Notes under the pieces: model-generated
Databases searched by the model: none
What the model was told of the DNA's origin: nothing
Seen by the model: only the letters and a program-made list of their open reading frames with translations
Made by a program: the position numbers and the translations under genes
Assembly (NCBI RefSeq): GCF_005860765.1
Contig: NZ_VCEI01000011.1
Location: 1,193,819 to 1,217,818 of the forward strand
DNA from: Dyadobacter sediminis
GTDB taxonomy: Bacteria; Bacteroidota; Bacteroidia; Cytophagales; Spirosomataceae
Direction: 5' to 3'
Length of the DNA: 24,000 nucleotides
Part shown: piece after piece, positions 22,541 through 24,000 of the stretch
How the letters are laid out: each line of letters begins with the position of its first letter
Position numbering within the stretch: the stretch's first letter is position 1

Positions 22541-24000
22541 ATGGACATAGAAGATCAGGGATATCAGAGGCTCAGTCAACTTTTTAACCGCTTGCCCAAT
22601 GGAGTTATTCTGTACAAAATACTCGGTAATGAATCAGGCATGCCTTATGATTTCAAAGGAATTTACGCCAACTTAAAATCCGAAGACATTTTTGGCCTGC
22701 CCGTAGATCGTATCCTGAACAGCACGCTGAGCGAACTGAACGCGGACTTTGAGCTTTTGCTCGAACATTGCCGATTGGCAGCAAACAACCGGCAATCCAT
22801 CTCCTTTTCCTGGGAGCGGAATTATGCAGCCTACAACGGCTTTTCCGCAGCCGTCCGCTGGATCGACGTACATATTGAAATGCTGGACGAAGACCTCTTT
22901 TGCTCGTTCACAGACGCTACCGCCTACAAGCAGGCCGAACTGGAAGCCCACCGGAATGCAGCGGCTTTACAGTTTGTACTTGATTCTACCCAGTCCGGGG
23001 TAATATTGTACCGGCCGGTTTATGATGGTAAAAAACGGATTACAGATTTTGAAATGCTTGCCTCCAACCAGGAAGCATCCGGCGCTTTCCTTTCAGATCA
23101 GTTTGTACAAACCCTTTTACCCATCGGAAACCGGAGCGAACTTTACCCGGTTTTCAAGGAAGTCGTTGAAACCGGCAGGTTCCAGCGTTTTGAACGGCTT
23201 TTTCAATGGCAGGAAACCGAAGTCTGGTATGAAGTTACGGCCAGCCGGACTTACGAAAAAAGTAATGCTTCCAATCTTCTGAGGCTTACTTTCATTGATA
23301 TCACCAAAAGGAAGAAAGCGGAACAGGAAAAATTCAAGAACCTGATATTACTGCAGCAGACTGAAGATCTGGCCAATGCCGGCAGCTGGGAATACAACCG
23401 TACAACGGAAACGTATACCTGGTCCCCGGGAATGTACCGGTTATTTGGACTGACACCCGGGACGGAAGTCACACCGGAAATATACATTTCCTTATCGGTT
23501 GAAGAAGACCGCGACATTGCAAACCGGATTGTGAACCAGATGCAGCACGGCCTGCATGCGTTTGAAGAAGTGCTTACCATACAGATCGGTGATTCCAGAA
23601 AAACCATCAAGGTAAAAGGTGAAACGCTCAATATGGGAAAAGACGTAATGATCTGTTCCCTGGGAGTTGATCTTGACATTACGCAGCTGATTGAAACGCA
23701 GAACAGGATTACAAGAATTGCGGACAATCTTCAGGCGGTGCTGAATTCATCTCCGGCTTTCATCGGTATGCTGAAGGCCATCCATCATCCTGACGACCAT
23801 GCGGAAATTGTGGATTTTGAACTGGTTGTGGGCAACCAAAAACTGGCGGAATTTTATCATCAGCCTTTACCGCAACTGGCTGGCATGCGTGTAAGCAATC
23901 TGGCCGGAAAACTGTGGCAGGAAAAAACGGTGGACAACTTGCGTTCGGTTTACCTTTCTAGGGAAACCATGTACCTTGAATACCAGATTATTTCCGAAGA
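22541..24000 (+). CDS. Multi-PAS-domain sensor protein (probable histidine kinase), 5' partial, continues beyond the window
   Basis: My own translation from ATG 22541 stays open to position 24000 (486 codons, no stop). That is why it is missing from the ORF track. An in-frame TAA at 22514 precedes it. The product MDIEDQGYQRLSQLFNRLPNGVILYKIL...AELEAHRNAAALQFVLDSTQSGVILYRPV...TEDLANAGSWEYNRTTETYTWSPGMYRLFGL...LQAVLNSSPAFIGMLKAI... shows at least four PAS-like modules. One includes the W-x-W-S-x-x-x-x-x-x-G pattern. Confidence 0.8.
   Translation, partial: MDIEDQGYQRLSQLFNRLPNGVILYKILGNESGMPYDFKGIYANLKSEDIFGLPVDRILNSTLSELNADFELLLEHCRLAANNRQSISFSWERNYAAYNGFSAAVRWIDVHIEMLDEDLFCSFTDATAYKQAELEAHRNAAALQFVLDSTQSGVILYRPVYDGKKRITDFEMLASNQEASGAFLSDQFVQTLLPIGNRSELYPVFKEVVETGRFQRFERLFQWQETEVWYEVTASRTYEKSNASNLLRLTFIDITKRKKAEQEKFKNLILLQQTEDLANAGSWEYNRTTETYTWSPGMYRLFGLTPGTEVTPEIYISLSVEEDRDIANRIVNQMQHGLHAFEEVLTIQIGDSRKTIKVKGETLNMGKDVMICSLGVDLDITQLIETQNRITRIADNLQAVLNSSPAFIGMLKAIHHPDDHAEIVDFELVVGNQKLAEFYHQPLPQLAGMRVSNLAGKLWQEKTVDNLRSVYLSRETMYLEYQIISE

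Noticed and set aside
22749-23282. Track ORFs 22749..23003(+) and 23022..23282(+) as separate small genes
   Set aside because: They are off-frame relative to a continuous open frame from ATG 22541 to the window end. That frame encodes clear PAS modules. The long ORF is missing from the track only because it lacks a stop codon within the window.

Overview
This looks like a chromosomal segment from a Bacteroidota genome, probably Cytophagia-like. That placement is an inference from the SusC/SusD pair, the lipoprotein and signal peptides, the near-absence of Shine-Dalgarno sites and a TAnnTTTG-type promoter box. Gene order, left to right:
- A tandem multi-hairpin extragenic repeat array (258-780).
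- A minus-strand cluster: small membrane protein, fatty-acid-hydroxylase/sterol-desaturase-family oxygenase, SusC, SusD, type-I sulfatase (875-8516).
- A WYL-domain regulator (8833-9894, minus) divergent from a Ro60/Rsr TROVE+vWA protein (10017-11591, plus).
- Three tandem Y-RNA-like, tRNA-mimicking RNAs directly after Rsr (11714-12089).
- A CPA1 Na+/H+ antiporter and a secreted alpha/beta-hydrolase.
- A second, larger array of the same repeat family (14805-15590).
- A 927-aa beta-propeller-like protein with a C-terminal cytochrome c domain.
- A purine permease plus an exported MTA/SAH nucleosidase.
- A short BLUF photoreceptor, a 690-bp AT-rich intergenic region and a small hypothetical gene.
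- The 5' part of a multi-PAS sensor that runs off the window. It has no stop codon, so it is absent from the ORF track.

The best candidate for an undescribed system is the WYL regulator / Rsr / triple Y-RNA cassette. The middle RNA has a textbook circularly permuted tRNA-like domain of the YrlA type. All three RNAs share a long bulged terminal stem supported by compensatory base changes. No RtcR, RtcB or RtcA is nearby. All protein family calls come from reading motifs in the translations, not from database searches.
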